A DNA stretch of 63,364 nucleotides, the filler included, from Sphacelaria rigidula (Eukaryota): the NCBI GenBank assembly GCA_964200075.2. It is 8 parts of 8 records of this genome, joined end to end, with 100 filler letters (N's around TTAATTAATTAA, not from the genome) between each part and the next. Parts side by side here need not be neighbours in the genome. Positions count along the whole stretch, not along the records: positions 47,600 to 55,432 come from CAXNAA020013317.1; positions 55,533 to 63,364 come from CAXNAA020013318.1; 6 more parts are not named here. The stretch is one strand, 5' to 3'. Positions 50,601 through 63,364 of the stretch are shown one piece after another. The notes below the pieces were generated by a model. That model did no database searches. It saw only the letters and a list, made by a program, of their open reading frames with translations, and was not told the origin of the DNA. The position numbers were made by a program, and so were the translations under genes. Numbering within the stretch: position 1 is the first letter of the stretch; each line of letters starts with the position of its first letter.

Positions 50601-50923
50601 ACCCTGACCGTGAACTCGCGAAGGACTTCACGACTTGACAAAAAATATGCGGAATTATGACGTGCATTTTTCTGCCCAAAAACCTCCACGATGCTGTACA
50701 TGCCCCATCTGCCCCACGCTCCAAATTCCTTGTTGCGCCGCGAAATAGTACGGCAAGGCGAATACATGATCAGAAGAAAATAAGTGACACAAAGGACACG
50801 CCGACAAGCTGGACAACACCACGACACCAGTCGGGGCTGCCATAACATGAGATAACTGAGGGAGCGTACACTCCGCGATAACACATGCACAGTTGAGACA
50901 TTGATCTTTCAAGCAAAACTCGC

Positions 50924-51100
50924 CTGCTTTTCCACGAGGAGGGTCTCGATTTTCCCCCAATGCTCTATGGCATTGTCCTTGTGATGAAGCCGATGTGCGT
51001 CCGGTGTGCCATGGCTACCCCCTGCATTTGAAGCACCATTTGCTCCAACCGCCGCCGCCGCCGTGCCATTCACTGCGGGCATTGTGATAGCCGTGGCCAT
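50924..51100 (-). CDS. Probable first coding exon of an unidentified host gene
   Basis: MATAITMPAVNGTAAAAVGANGASNAGGSHGTPDAHRLHHKDNAIEHWGKIETLLVEKQ (59 codons), protein-like, ending at AAGCAG|GCGAGT (candidate GC donor). Downstream exons not identified. Confidence 0.45.
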
Positions 51101-53896
51101 ACTTTCACCAAGCAACAAAAACAATCTCGATAATACTGTAGACACCTCCCTCGTGAACTATCCGTCGCTCTGTCTATTGGTCGTCTCTCTGGTCGCGCAC
51201 TATTGAGATGACCGCTGCATTGATTCTACTGTAGGATAGTGAACATATAGGACAAACTACCTACCCCAGAAATAAACAACTATTTCTTAGCGTGAAAGCT
51301 TGAGTTGGAGGGAAACCACAAACAGTACAGTATGTGTATTGCGATTTGCGGATCGTGTGATACGAACAACGCTTTACGCCCGGGATATCGTGCTGTCGGC
51401 GGTGGGTGTGGGTGTAGTGTGTGTACTTGCAGGTGCAATGTCTCACAAAATCAGGTCGAGAAGGGGATGTGTGTGGCGCAGTGTAGTCGCGGCGGTAAAG
51501 ATAATATTTTGTCATCATCCTCTATTTGTAACGGCGTGTTCTGTTACGTTTCGACGACACAGGACAGCCAACAACGAATATGGAACTTTCAACACTAAAC
51601 AATGCATCGGCGATCGTCGATCGGCCCACAGTTGTGTAACTCAGCTTGCATCCGTAGCGTATACATGTACACTCAATGCAGCCGGCTTTACACACCCCTC
51701 CATACGCGTATACTCTGTATGGCGGAACAGGAGCTCTCCCGTCGAAGCTTGTCCTGCATACGCTGTTCTCTGCACTACACTGTATTCGGCCCATGCTCCA
51801 AACCATGTCTTGCCGAGTGGCTCAGCTGGATTTTCTCCTCGAGGATTTCTCCAAATGTTTCCTGCCGAACCATCACACAAACTTGACGGTTTCTTTGTTT
51901 CTTAGCTTCTCATTGGGAGCAGGCCTGTCGGTCAACCCCTCCTGACCACGCGTGGGAAACATGGTCGATACCATACCGTCGAAAGTAAGATTAAAAATTA
52001 GAAGTAGTTTGTATTGCCGCGGTTGCACACGCCTCACGGCTGCAGCGGAATATTGCGGACGTTCGGGACGGACACCTCTCCGTTCTTAAGCACGCACACA
52101 TTGAGCAAACCCCACTCTAGTGGAATCTGGCAGCCCTGTCGTATCTCTGGGGCTTTCAACTTTACCAAGCCGACTACGGTAACGCTTTCTTGAAGATTGC
52201 CACAATACTGTACCGCCCGACACGTGTCACTGGTGTGCGCTCATCGTCAAGCGATTTTGTCGTGCTCAGACGACCTTGCGTTATACCGCGGAGCGGCGAA
52301 GGAGAGGGGTTGGTGTTTCGAATACAAGCCCGTGATCTGTCAGTGTCGTGGTTTTGTATCCGAGTTGGTACCATGAGAGGCGATTTCTTGCCTGGTGACG
52401 TCTCATCTGGTGGGAGCGAATAAGCCGTATTTTCTACTAGGGACTGATCACTACAGTAGTACACGAAAAGTTGAGGCCAATTCAGGCCCATTTTTCGAAT
52501 TTTGGTATGTTACTTTCCTACTGGCGAGGCGATGTTGTTATGGCTTCTCAACAGCGCGCTGGCCATTCATCCCGCCTGCTATTCATGCTTGCTTGTCTGC
52601 TTCTGCATGGTTATGACCTGTCTGTACACTAACTGCTGTGCTCTGTAGACACCGCGGCGTTGGTGTACGGTACCGCATTGTCTGTATTAAATAATCCAGT
52701 TGCTGGTTGCTGACGCAATGCCTATCCTTCAGTGTGGTTTCCAGCAGAGGGCTGATTGAGAGCTGCGACGGCAAAGGACCCCTACAGGTTGCTTTGTGAA
52801 CTTTTGATTCATGGATGGCCCGTGGCGATCAGTGTAGAGCGCGTCTTCTGCGCACGAGAGACGAGCTGGCATGATTGAGCGTGTGCGGACCGACTGGCCC
52901 ATGCGTTGTACTGTGATATACGAGACACCGTGTTACTCAACTTCTGTGTGTGTTCATGGTGCATGCGCATGAAGATTCAGAGTAACTGACAATCGCGCAC
53001 CAGTACATACAGTGATGGCCGGCGTGCCGCCGCATAACGTGTGACCTACGAATGAACAGAGTAACGCCTACATGTGCCAACGTGTTCAACTCGTGTTCAA
53101 CTTGTTCCGTATGACTGGAGCAAAAATCTTGCTGCGCGCTGTTGCAGGGCGAACCGAAACATGCGATGTTGGCAAGGAAAGCCACTACAATACATGGCCT
53201 AACACATGGCGAGGATTTCTGGCGCGCCGCCGGAAGCAGCTCGGAAACTTGAGACTCCGGCACGCTTGAGGCGTCCTGACGGCCATGAGTTATGCCAGAG
53301 TTGCCCAAAAGGCGAACTGAGGGCGTATCAGGAATATCCTAAAAGTTCAAGGATGGATCGGAAGAGTTATGTTATTTGTTAATAGCGGTGTCAAATTATG
53401 GAAGCCCCCTTGCAACAGACCAGGAGAGATGTTTACGCACTTTGACGCAGTCCGCCGACCCACGCACGCCTCTCCGTGAAAGGTGGACTTGAGCCCGAAG
53501 TTCACGTTTCATGCGAGCCTTCATAGATCCTGTTGTAGAGATGACCGCACGAACCGAAGTAGAAAGGGCCTTCGCGGAGCACTCCGGTTATTGACCGCAT
53601 TTCAAGCCCAATGGCTACAACATGAAAAAGTGGACTTTAACAGCCATACGTGAAGTAGATCGAGATATACTGTGTTGTTGGTGGTTATATTCTGAAACCG
53701 CAATGAAAGCGCGCGTGCGTGTACTTTTTGTTTTGTGAGTCTGCTTGAACGCAGCTGCATCGCCTAGCCAGCCGCATATATATACCCGTTGAACGGTCCT
53801 TTCGCCTCGACATACGACGGTACACGGGAATATCATCTCCGAGTTAGTGTAGAACGTGGTCCACACCGTCCTGGTTAGGGGTACACTGATGGCTCC

Positions 53897-53900
<4 letters not shown>

Positions 53901-53945
<45 letters not shown>
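53901..53945. repeat. (AG)n microsatellite
   Basis: Perfect AG run just downstream of the actin-like stop codon. Confidence 0.97.
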
Positions 53946-53947
<2 letters not shown>

Positions 53948-53964
53948 TCCTCACGCGCTTGCCG

Positions 53965-54030
53965 TCAGAGAAATTTGCGCTGAATGATGCTTTCTCCACT
54001 GTCCTCATACTCTTGCCGCGTGACTTGCAA
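53965..54030 (-). CDS. Terminal exon of an actin or actin-related protein gene
   Basis: After a polypyrimidine tract ending TTCAAG| it reads LQVTRQEYEDSGESIIQRKFL*, matching the actin C-terminus [21 protein letters not shown]. Too short for the ORF track. Confidence 0.65.
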   Translation of the reverse strand: MQVTRQEYEDSGESIIQRKFL

Positions 54031-55359
54031 CTTGAAGACGCACGAAAACAGACGCAGGGTAAGAGAAGGGGAAGCATGGCATTCGGGGGAGAATGAGTGG
54101 GCCATAAGAATTCTCGGTGTTCTCTAGATGCCAGCGAAGCTTACGCGGTAATGCAGCAAATATGTTCCATCTCCAATCCAGAAGCTGAAACGCAGCGAAC
54201 GCAGGAAAGGGTACATATCCCATCTCATATCATTCCGTTCTGCAAGCTGCGTACCACACTGCTTCACGATGTCAAGTCCTGTCGTCGCGATTCAAGCTAT
54301 AGATGCCATCAGGGCTGCATGAAGGTTGTGATTCTATAGTGACGCAGCACCAGGACACGGGGACCGTATTTATCCTGGTGGCCATTCGATGTCTCAATCC
54401 CGCAAACACGCAAGTACCCGCACGGTAACGACGACACACTGACGTACAAATACTCGCTCTGGTCCGTCAAACAAACACCGGGGACCAACGTAGTCGTATC
54501 TCCCGTGGGGAGACGCTGTCGGCGCGTCCCCCTTTCTAGAAACAGTCCGAGGTTACGTAATAAGGCAAACGCACTCTCCAGAGCTCGTTTGAGAAACATC
54601 GTATTTAAGGAAGTGAGACCGACATATGTCTTTTTATACCACATGCGTCCTTAATGGAATTCACTACTGTACAACACGAGAACACACACACACGCATACA
54701 CACCATCAAAATGCACGATTCGATTGAAATAGACTGACGGCAAAAACAAGTCGTGTTCAGCGTCGTGCCTATCAACGACTGGAGGGCCGCAGGTTACGAA
54801 GCAGGGCACCCCCCCCCCCCCCCGGGTGATGAGTGATTGGGCCCCAAAACTAGTATTCCGGCAGGTTGCTGGGGGACGATGTGCACCGTGTCCTGACACA
54901 GTACAGTCGATACTGACGTGGCGCCGAAACAAGACGGAGTTGTTTCAGGATAGACGGGGGGTCACAATCGCATTTTTTCACAAGATGGGGAATTAGACGT
55001 TCCACCCCACACTAGCTTTGTTCTCTGGAACAACCGCCGACTGCTGCCGAGATAGCCCCCCGAACCGGCCAAAAAAGTGCACGGAGGCGATGATCATACA
55101 TGCCGGTAAAGATGGTTTCGTGCTGCACGACGCGACTTATTTGGGCGAAATAGCAAATCTCGAACTGCTCCACGCCTCTCATGTGGGCGAAATCGCTAGA
55201 AACGAGCCCAATGGTGGGATCGCAGCCGTTTTGTCGCACCGTTTCACGTGCACTTTTTGTGGGGGGGCTATCTCTCAAGGGGGCGGGGGGAGGGAAATAC
55301 TGTAAAATCCCCTCCACGCCTCTACCTTTGAACGACTCGCGACGGTTATCCCCCCCCCC

Positions 55360-55393
<34 letters not shown>

Positions 55394-55432
55394 CCACACA
55401 CACACACACCCCACAAGAGCGACGCGGCCCAC

Positions 55433-55532
55433 NNNNNNNNNNNNNNNNNNNNNNNNNNNNNNNNNNNNNNNNNNNNTTAATTAATTAANNNNNNNNNNNN
55501 NNNNNNNNNNNNNNNNNNNNNNNNNNNNNNNN
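55433..55532. other. Artificial contig spacer
   Basis: N44-TTAATTAATTAA-N44. Confidence 0.99.
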
Positions 55533-55617
55533 ATAAGTCGTGTTTTGGATGAGATGAAGGGCTCCTAACAATTCCAACCTCAGAAATTATTTGTGTACCC
55601 CTACCGTAGCATCACTC
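55533..55617 (+). repeat. Dispersed repeat fragment
   Basis: ATAAGTCGTGTTTTGGATGAGAT...TACCGTAGCATCACTC also occurs at ~37786-37870. Confidence 0.8.
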
Positions 55618-55744
55618 TGGTGTACCATGTTCGAACATCTAATTGCCAGAGAGTCAAATTTGTCGCGATGAAATAAGTTATGTAATCCACTAGTCGTTTT
55701 CTGCGTCACGAAGGGTATTTTGTTTCTTCAAGTACCCATACGCT

Positions 55745-55950
55745 ATGGCCAACCAATCTTCGCAGGATGCAGGTTATCCTTTGTGCGACTCGCCGAACAC
55801 ACCACGGCGCTTCGCGCTTGGTGGTTTGAGTGCGAGCCTGGTCCGGCGAACACTCGGCGTGCTCCGTCCCGGCTTTGTAGGGATGCGAGGTCAACGGTCA
55901 TATGGCAATGGCATGCGAGATCATCTATACACCTTCCCCCCCCCCCTCCC
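55745..55950 (+). repeat. Copy of the poly-C-associated dispersed repeat
   Basis: Colinear with 14050-14250 and 14410-14600. Confidence 0.85.
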
Positions 55951-56639
55951 TTGCCTCTCTACGATGGTGAGATACCCATGAGGCAAAAAAAGAAAACCCC
56001 CCGGGGCAGTGATGACAGGAAGCTTTCGCCGCGAAGTACTCTGAAATCAACAGGTTGGTTATCGCGATGAAAATCTAAAGAGCAGTAACTCCCAGGTTAG
56101 ATCATTGCTTTCGCTTATAGAAAAAACGAAAAGTCCTCGGGCAGAGTCCACGAGCGTTCCAAATCCAGTGTCAGTTTCCCCTCCCCCTCCCTCGCCCTTC
56201 TCATGAGGAGTACGCGCCCGAGGGATAAGCGAATAGGATTTCCTGGATGTTCGGACATGAAGAGGCGAGGAATGAGAGAAAAGAAGAGGAGAGACCACAC
56301 ATGTCCCCACCTAGGGAGGAGACATTTGACTTTGTTTTTGAAGTTCGGAACAACCACCCCCACCCCGAGAAAAAGTGTACCTATGCGATGTGTGATGAAA
56401 TATGAAATATGTCTCACGACACGTGCTGGTTGAGAGTAAAATTGGGAATGATGGTCATGAAATACAGCATGTTTGAAATGAAGCGGAACCACTCTTGGGC
56501 AGCATGCAGGAACAATACAATGACTGACATTATAGCTATTACTGTCACTTGCTTGCAAAATAACATGTTCAGCTATTGGTCATACCACAGCAAAGGTGGG
56601 GTTGAAAACCGGCGATTGAATAGAGCACTGTAACCACCT

Positions 56640-56938
56640 TTGTTCGTCAACACGAACGTGCGTGTAAATCGACATGATGACGATAATTTGAAAGATATCG
56701 CAAACTGGATGACGGTAAAATATGGCGAACATGACTGCTCGAAACCCAGTTTTCATCCATGGATCATACGTCTCACAACTCGACTGTTCACGCCCATGTG
56801 GCGGTCGCACATGAGTATGCCACACACTTGCCGGCCCTCTCGGCTCCGATTACATGACATCTCTCGTCACTCCGAGATTCGAACCCACGACCCAACCGTC
56901 AGGAGGTTGCGAGGTTACCAACTGAACCACCGGGGCGA
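56640..56938 (-). mobile_element. tRNA-derived SINE
   Basis: Minus-strand head GCCCCGGTGGTTCAGTTGG (A-box)...GGGTTCGAATCTC (B-box) at 56866-56938. No closing acceptor stem; 3' boundary approximate. Confidence 0.7.
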
Positions 56939-57559
56939 CTGGCCGTTGGCTAGTCGCTACATTTTCAACTCCTTCGTTTTCAAGAGGTTTTCGGGGGCGG
57001 TGGATGTGTTGCTCGGAAGAAGCTATTCGGTATTTATGTGCCATTCATTTTGGTTTTTTGCATTTTGGAAAATCGGAAGCGATACGTAACAACTGGACAT
57101 TTAGAGGGGAGGGATAAGGGTTCGAATCCAGGCACTACTGTCGATCCGGTCATTTTGGAAGGAGCTTCTGATACCTGTACACTGGTCGAAGGAAAGAGGT
57201 CATGATTCCCATCCTCGATTTGACTCTTGATTCGTACACGAGTTTGGTTGTTACATGCTACATGCTCGTGGTTCGAGCGACACACTGCGTTGAAAACATG
57301 TTGACATGCTCCTCATCTTTGGTACAACACCTGTATCACACCCTTTGTCCCCAACCATCAATTAAGCCTTTTTTCTCTCCCTTGTAGTTTGTGCGGCATT
57401 AATCAAATGCATGATTCCCCGGCCGTTTTTTTTCCCCTAACCCTCCATTTCGCGCATACTCCGCTCCTGGGGTGCATCCGACACGACCTTTGAGTTCATT
57501 GTGACAAACATAGCTTGTGGTGAATGATACACGTGTCATATGTTTCGAATATATTTACA

Positions 57560-57965
57560 TTATAGTTGTCTGCAGGGGATGGGCGTGCTCGACCGTTCTA
57601 GGCAACAAGATGAGCTTACCCTTCTACGGCCAGGGTAGGGCATGTGTTGAGTCGGCATCGTGTGGACTTGATTGACAAATAAAGCACGTGCTGTACTTGA
57701 TGTAGTGCACTTTCCCCACACGATTTCGTTTCTTGTCACACTTCATCGGTACACAACCTCTTTTTTGTTTTTGTTACCCTACACCCCATCCCTTCCTAGA
57801 GACGACTCCGTTGTTTCAAAGGATTCACCCATCGTTCCTGATGCCCTCACTCTTCAGACTGTGTAATCATATCTCCGGAAGAAAAGGAATTGCGTCTGGT
57901 GGGAATCGAACCCACGTTATCTTCACCCTGACAGAGGCAGTCTCACTACTAGACCACCGGGGCAC
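57560..57965 (-). mobile_element. tRNA-derived SINE
   Basis: Minus-strand head GCCCCGGTGGTCTAGTAG (A-box)...GGGTTCGATTCCC (B-box) at 57890-57965. 3' boundary approximate. Confidence 0.7.
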
Positions 57966-58269
57966 CTTCTCCGTGCCAAAAGACTCGAACGATGCGTGCC
58001 TCAATTATTGGAATATGGGGTGAGATACTGATGAAAGAGAAACCGCACTCAGGCCTACCCTGCCCCACCTTTGGCTCATATATATATATACATACATATC
58101 TTTCCCGCTCACTTCGAGGAGTTTGAATTGACCATGGTTAGTGTTAGAAAAAAAGAATAGGAAGCTGAGGGTGTCACGCGGTGGACCCAAGTCTTTTTTC
58201 CCTGGTGTCAAACTTCCACCCCGAGTTTCGAATACTTGAGCCGCGCGTAGCCTGTGGATTGTTGCCACA

Positions 58270-58293
58270 GAGCCATGGCCGGCCCAGCTCGTA
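58270..58293. repeat. Related transposon terminus
   Basis: GGC.GGCCCAGCTCG|TA, the same outer tip as 37308 and 47668 but with a different inner sequence. Confidence 0.5.
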
Positions 58294-58839
58294 TTTCCCC
58301 TGCTTCCGTACATACGTTTGCGTCCTGTTCTTGACCCAACAACTCAGGTGTTGCAGCAAGTCGTCCCTACGTGCACGTACCATTGGTCTCCATTACGATA
58401 GCAGACACGAGAAATGCCATGTCAAAATCCTCTAGGAAAACAGGAAGTGAACGGGGAAGATGGTGTCTCCCTTGGACACAGGCTGTCGAGGAGTCAGAAT
58501 TATCTCATAGGCCACAATATCAGTTCTCTCCAACTATTATCATCATACATCGACGAATTGTATCACACTATCGGAGAAGTATAAACGGTAGCAGCGTATC
58601 TTGACGCAACTCGACCGCACGGAAAGGAGCGTTCGCTCACCAACCCATACTCGACCGTTACTCTGTCCGATTTGTACACGACGCAGCTAGCTGTTCTGGT
58701 CTTTCGTCCTGGATGATATCATTTGTATACAGCTCTTCTGCTATATAAGCAAAAGTGCTGGCTATCCTTGTTCCCCAAGTATTTGATGAGCGCAATTGGA
58801 GGAGACGCGCACTACCGTAAACGTTTCAGGGTTCGGACG

Positions 58840-60275
58840 AATCATCGCCGGTTCGAACCACTAATTCCACGCTTTTTTTCAGGCCCGATTGCTCGGAAGA
58901 GAATCGAAAGCTGACTGCTGGTCAAAACGGTCTCCACGCAATGTTTGCGCCATTCCGCCTGTCTGGGCTGCTCGTACCTGGATTGCCACGCTGAAAACAA
59001 AGCTTACGTGGTGATTCGATCGGCACGAATCAAAAACACTAAAATCAAGTAACTTCCAGATGAAGCATTAATTCGCCCGACTCTAAAAACGTTCACCCAC
59101 AGTTACTTCCGTTCCCGGTTAGTTGCCAATTACGAACCTCGCAACGACCAACATGCGGAGGATACAATTCCGCATCTTTTTCAGGGAAGTGATTTTCGAG
59201 TCTTGCTACAGTCATCGTCAATCACGGTTCGGCACTCGAGCTGTCGATGTCCTCGGCGCAAGTATCTGGGACGACTAGGAAGAAGCGATGGGTGGTGCAC
59301 CCAGGGTCACTTCGTGAGATGTACAAGCACAGCTCTCACACTAGCTCTCGTGCGAAGGCGAACGTCAAAAAATGTGGTGGGCCGTCGTTGACCACGTTGG
59401 GAGGGAGCTATCACGTTTTTCGTAGGTGCACCGCTAAGCAAGCACGTATTTTGAGGCACATGCAACCGACAGCCGGAGCGCTTGAAACCCAGTTTCGATG
59501 TGCGTGGTCGCTGTCCGCACCGTACGCTTGGACAGTATGTGTTTTTCGTTTAGTGACATGATAGACCCTTCCCTTTCCGTCCTCGGGATGAGTCCGTAAT
59601 GTGAGTGAATCAAACGATTTCTCCCGGGTGCGCGCTGTATGTTGTTGCATTCATATGTTTGGGTGAAATGAGCAGTTCTCCAAAATACTTGGAAGCGTTT
59701 TGTAGATGGTGAAATGATAAACACGGTACATACCACGATGCCGGTTTGTTCACTGTATGCAGATAATACGTGACCATCTGGGAGATTACTGTCTCCGATT
59801 TTCTTTGATTTGTGTTGCCTAGCCCATACACTTGGACGCGAAATCCGTGGGAATCCTTCACTCAAGGCGGGGAATCCGAAGCTATCACTTGCAATTATTG
59901 AATATGCGTTTTGTTGTTGATAGTTCCTCTCGCCCTCGTTCAATGTTATCGCACGGGTATCAAGTTTTGAGGAGAAAACGGGGAGGTCACAGATGTCACT
60001 CGCCGGGCGATATATCACGGTTATAACGATTCATCGCCGGTTCGAACCACAAAATCCACCATTTCTGAGGCCTGTTTGATCGAAAGAGAGGAGAAAAGGT
60101 TGACCGCTGGTAAAATAAATTTTCCACGCAATTTTTGCGCCATTCCACGCGCCTGGGCTGCGCGTACCTAGGTTGCAACGCTGAAAACAAGGCGTAAAGA
60201 TTGATTCGTACGGTATGAACCAGTCACACTGAAATCAAGTAATTTCCAGACAAGTGGTAGATTCGTCCGACTCTC
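58840..60275 (+). repeat. Two diverged direct copies (~58840-59085 and ~60030-60275) of a ~245-bp repeat
   Basis: Both start TCATCGCCGGTTCGAACCAC and share TCCACGCAAT.TTTGCGCCATTCC, CGCTGAAAACAA and AAATCAAGTAA.TTCCAGA. Confidence 0.8.
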
Positions 60276-60799
60276 GCAATATATTACTCGTCGATGATCG
60301 AAATAGTGCACTATTGGAAGTCCCTGGCGATATTTTTGCGACGACCAAGAGTGCGTGCACTTTTATCCACAAATTACACGGAAGAGTTTCGAAAACTCAC
60401 CCTCCTGTGAGTTCAATTTTGCCAGGCTGTACATATCTCGTGAATTTGACAGTAGCAGTGTTGCGCCGAAAGAAAAAAAAAACTTTATGGCACAGAATCC
60501 GACATCTTTTCGCCCCGATACGTACGCACCCACAACGCTACCCCAGATTTAGCAACATGAGGTTGTTGCCTACAATCTACACGACATGGGGACGAAGTTT
60601 CAGCGCCTAAAAGTACTGAGAGCGCGTGTACGGCCGTGCCTCCTGAATTGAGGACCTCTACAGACAATACCATAATTTGTACTGCACAGAATTGTCATCA
60701 TACGCAATGGGTGCCGGCACAGATCGATGTTTGTTTCACGGCGCAGAAGCTGGGTAATACGTCATAACGTGGAAGTGAATGCACCCGCGTGTCAGAACA

Positions 60800-61500
60800 T
60801 GCATCCAGCGATGTGTCGTGCAGTCTGGGCTGCAGAGACGCCGTTTTGAGGGTGTATAGACGGCATGACCCACAATCCGTGTTCGCTCCGTCCACCGTGT
60901 GCACTACCCATCACGTGCCACCGAACAGCCTATATGCTGTCTATGTTGTGCAGTACGTACGTGCCAAGTTTGAAGCCGGTTGGAGGGGACACCGTGGAGG
61001 AATCCGCGAACAAAGTAACGCTTGACAAGTGGAAAATTCGGTACTGAACGCTCGAAAAGATACATGGGGTGTGGTTACGCCGCATATCACAGATTCGGTG
61101 AGATGCTGCCATCCTATTTCCACCCCTTCGGCCACCCGCCCAGTATGATGGCAATAACTGCGGGGTTCGCGAACGCGTCGGGTGCAGGGTGCGATGGAAG
61201 ACACTCCGGTTGTTTCTCGTCCTGATGGTGTGTACAAGACAGCGAGAAGCACTGTGGGCTGAGGTATCGCGCAGATGCGAAACCGCATCCCACTGAGGGT
61301 GTGTCTCCACGCCAAATATTCTGTCGATACCGTGACAAAGGTCAGGTTCAACGAACGCCTTCTTTTCGTGTCTTTGTTGTACCACGGTAAATGTATCTGT
61401 TTGGCCACTAATCGCGTGTAAGAATGTGTCTCGATGGAAATCGCCTGTTTGCCCTCCCATGAGTAAATATCTCGCAGACGAGGTTTCAATAAAGGTTGAC
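60800..61500 (-). pseudogene. Possible decayed Copia integrase remnant
   Basis: RYLLMGGQTGDFHRDTFL...TDTFTVVQQRHEKKAFVE loosely fits IRSDNGGEF...QEFT....Q.NG.AE. Confidence 0.3.
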
Positions 61501-63364
61501 ACGTCGGAACGATCGTAAATCTTTGCTCATCCCGTTCCGCAGCGATTTTCCGTTCCAGGGTTATGTCACGGCTCTACTCGCGCCCGAAATTGTAATGTAA
61601 GCCACAAGCGGCCGACTGAATGAAATGCATGTCAGCAACGAGCGGCCAACTGAATGAGATGAATGAAGCACAAGAAAAACACGAACTTGTTCCCATTACA
61701 ACCATCGACTTCGCTTCCAACGAATAAAAACGAATTTGTAGTCAACAACTGTATCGTTTGTTATTGCAATTGCAACTTCGGCCAACGAAAGTGTCGCGTC
61801 CACGAAACGCGAGCGTGCTCGGGTCTGCAATTTTCTTGTTACGCGACCGGCCCTGTTATGGAGAGTGCGGGTTCGGCCACAAACAAAGTGTTGTGGGGAT
61901 TATCAATGTCCTTCACGACGGTGTCGACGAATAAAGCTTTTTATTCCGAGGTGCCAACATCCGCCCAACCCTGCCGTCGGCTGAAAATCGACAGCGAAAT
62001 GCCAACAGCCAGTCACACAATTATTTCAAGCATCATATATGGCGTTGGTGGCGAGACTGGACGGTGGCACTTTCGGCGCGTTTTGTGAAAAACAAAATAT
62101 AACATTTCTCGGGTATTGCAGTTCCGCAATAAGAAAAACACAGGCATAGACCAACGCCGCGAAAAACAATAATGGCGTTAAATTTCCCAAGTGAAACCAG
62201 TCCCCTCGTGGGCGGGGTCCTGACCACATACGTCGCCGAAAATCACACCGCAGATGAAATGAAGCCCATAAAATCCCATAATATGACATCGTGGAAGGTC
62301 ACATGAACGATACGTTTGGTTGGTGAAGGAGAATGCATGACTTTCGCAATCTAGCGCAGTTTGTTTTGCTATTTCCAGGGAGTAACATATAGGAGGAGCC
62401 CGCACATGTGACCGTATCCATTTCAAAACGCGCCATCTCCTCAAAAAAAACACTTGCCCTCAACACTCAATACCCTCATGGTGTGGACACTGTATCCTTC
62501 GCAGCGGCGGGAAGTCCAGCCCGCAAAACCGCTCGATCGAATGCAGAGCGCCCACATCAAAACGCACGATGCGCCGGCGTCAGTCGATACGCAACAAATC
62601 GTACCACTTTCTATGGCAAAAGAGGCCGATACGACATCACGACCGTTGACCCCTCCACGCGCGGCGGGCACATCTTGAATGTCGAGCGCATAATGTGAAC
62701 GACAACCGGTCCTTCCATGAGACCACAGTACTTCCTGCAGTGTACATGGTCTCCGTCCACCCGCGATACAACCCGTGGAGTCTCAGAGTCTGGTTTCGCC
62801 GCTTTTCGTGCACCTGAGGCGAAATGTAGCGCGCACGCGAATGAATAGACGCAGAGAGGGTCAGCGAGCCACAGTCGTGTGCCGTTTCAGCCCGACGGAG
62901 AGGGAGGGGGGCGCGTTCCTCACGATAGCACCGGAAAAGGGGCGGCCTCGCCGCGCAGCATGACTGATCGACATCAATCGGCGGTTGCATGCTCGCGCAA
63001 CTGCCACGAGGTATGCTTTCTCAAAAGTCACTCATCGACAGACACATTCCAATACTATCTACGGCAGCCACATTGTGCAATACTATCTACGGCAGCCACA
63101 TTGTGCTCCCCTCATGTTACAAACTCACAGATTGCAACATTTGACAGATTGCAACAATTCAATTGCTGCAACCCACCGCAGCCCCATCCATCCAACATGA
63201 TATCAAACAGAAGAAGAAATCTCCGGGATTGCGGGCGATGGACGGGCCTGCGCATCACAACAAACGAGGGGGGACCGGGGCGCACGACTATCGACGCGAA
63301 CCTCCTTCGCTGAAGGTCTTGGTATCATACCTGTGCGTTGACCACTCTCTCACACATCGTTCAT

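Noticed and set aside
50924-51100. Trehalose-phosphate phosphatase assignment for this exon
   Set aside because: There is a faint resemblance to the segment preceding the HAD motif, but no DYDGTL exon was found in the contig.
56866-57965. Functional tRNA genes
   Set aside because: A and B boxes are present, but the acceptor stems do not close and the heads run into repeat bodies.
63050-63160. Short tandem duplications (28-bp x2, ~17-bp x2)
   Set aside because: Ordinary slippage repeats with no associated structure.

Overview
This is not a continuous locus. It is eight unrelated eukaryotic contigs of 7834, 7833 (x6) and 7832 bp, apparently sorted by length and joined by identical 100-nt spacers (N44-TTAATTAATTAA-N44). 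The repeat families and splice signals resemble those I associate with brown algal (Phaeophyceae/stramenopile) genomes; this is inference, not a database result. Most of the DNA is transposon-derived: decayed Copia, Gypsy and possibly DIRS remnants, several tRNA-derived SINE families (some sharing a 3' tail), foldback/MITE palindromes, and a ~45-bp minisatellite. The best find is in contig 5. It is a TA-flanked IS630-Tc1-mariner-type element whose transposase gene can be rebuilt as three exons joined by two phase-1 introns (~1111 aa, three in-frame stops). Two duplicated exons add tandem AP2-like DNA-binding domains to a DDE core with a very long (~212 aa) D-E spacer. Contig 6 holds two related Copia copies that lack recognisable IN/RT/RNase H (gag-protease-only type). 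Host-gene evidence is limited to the last exon of an actin-family gene and a probable first exon of another gene, both in contig 7. There is no CRISPR array, rRNA or bona fide tRNA gene.
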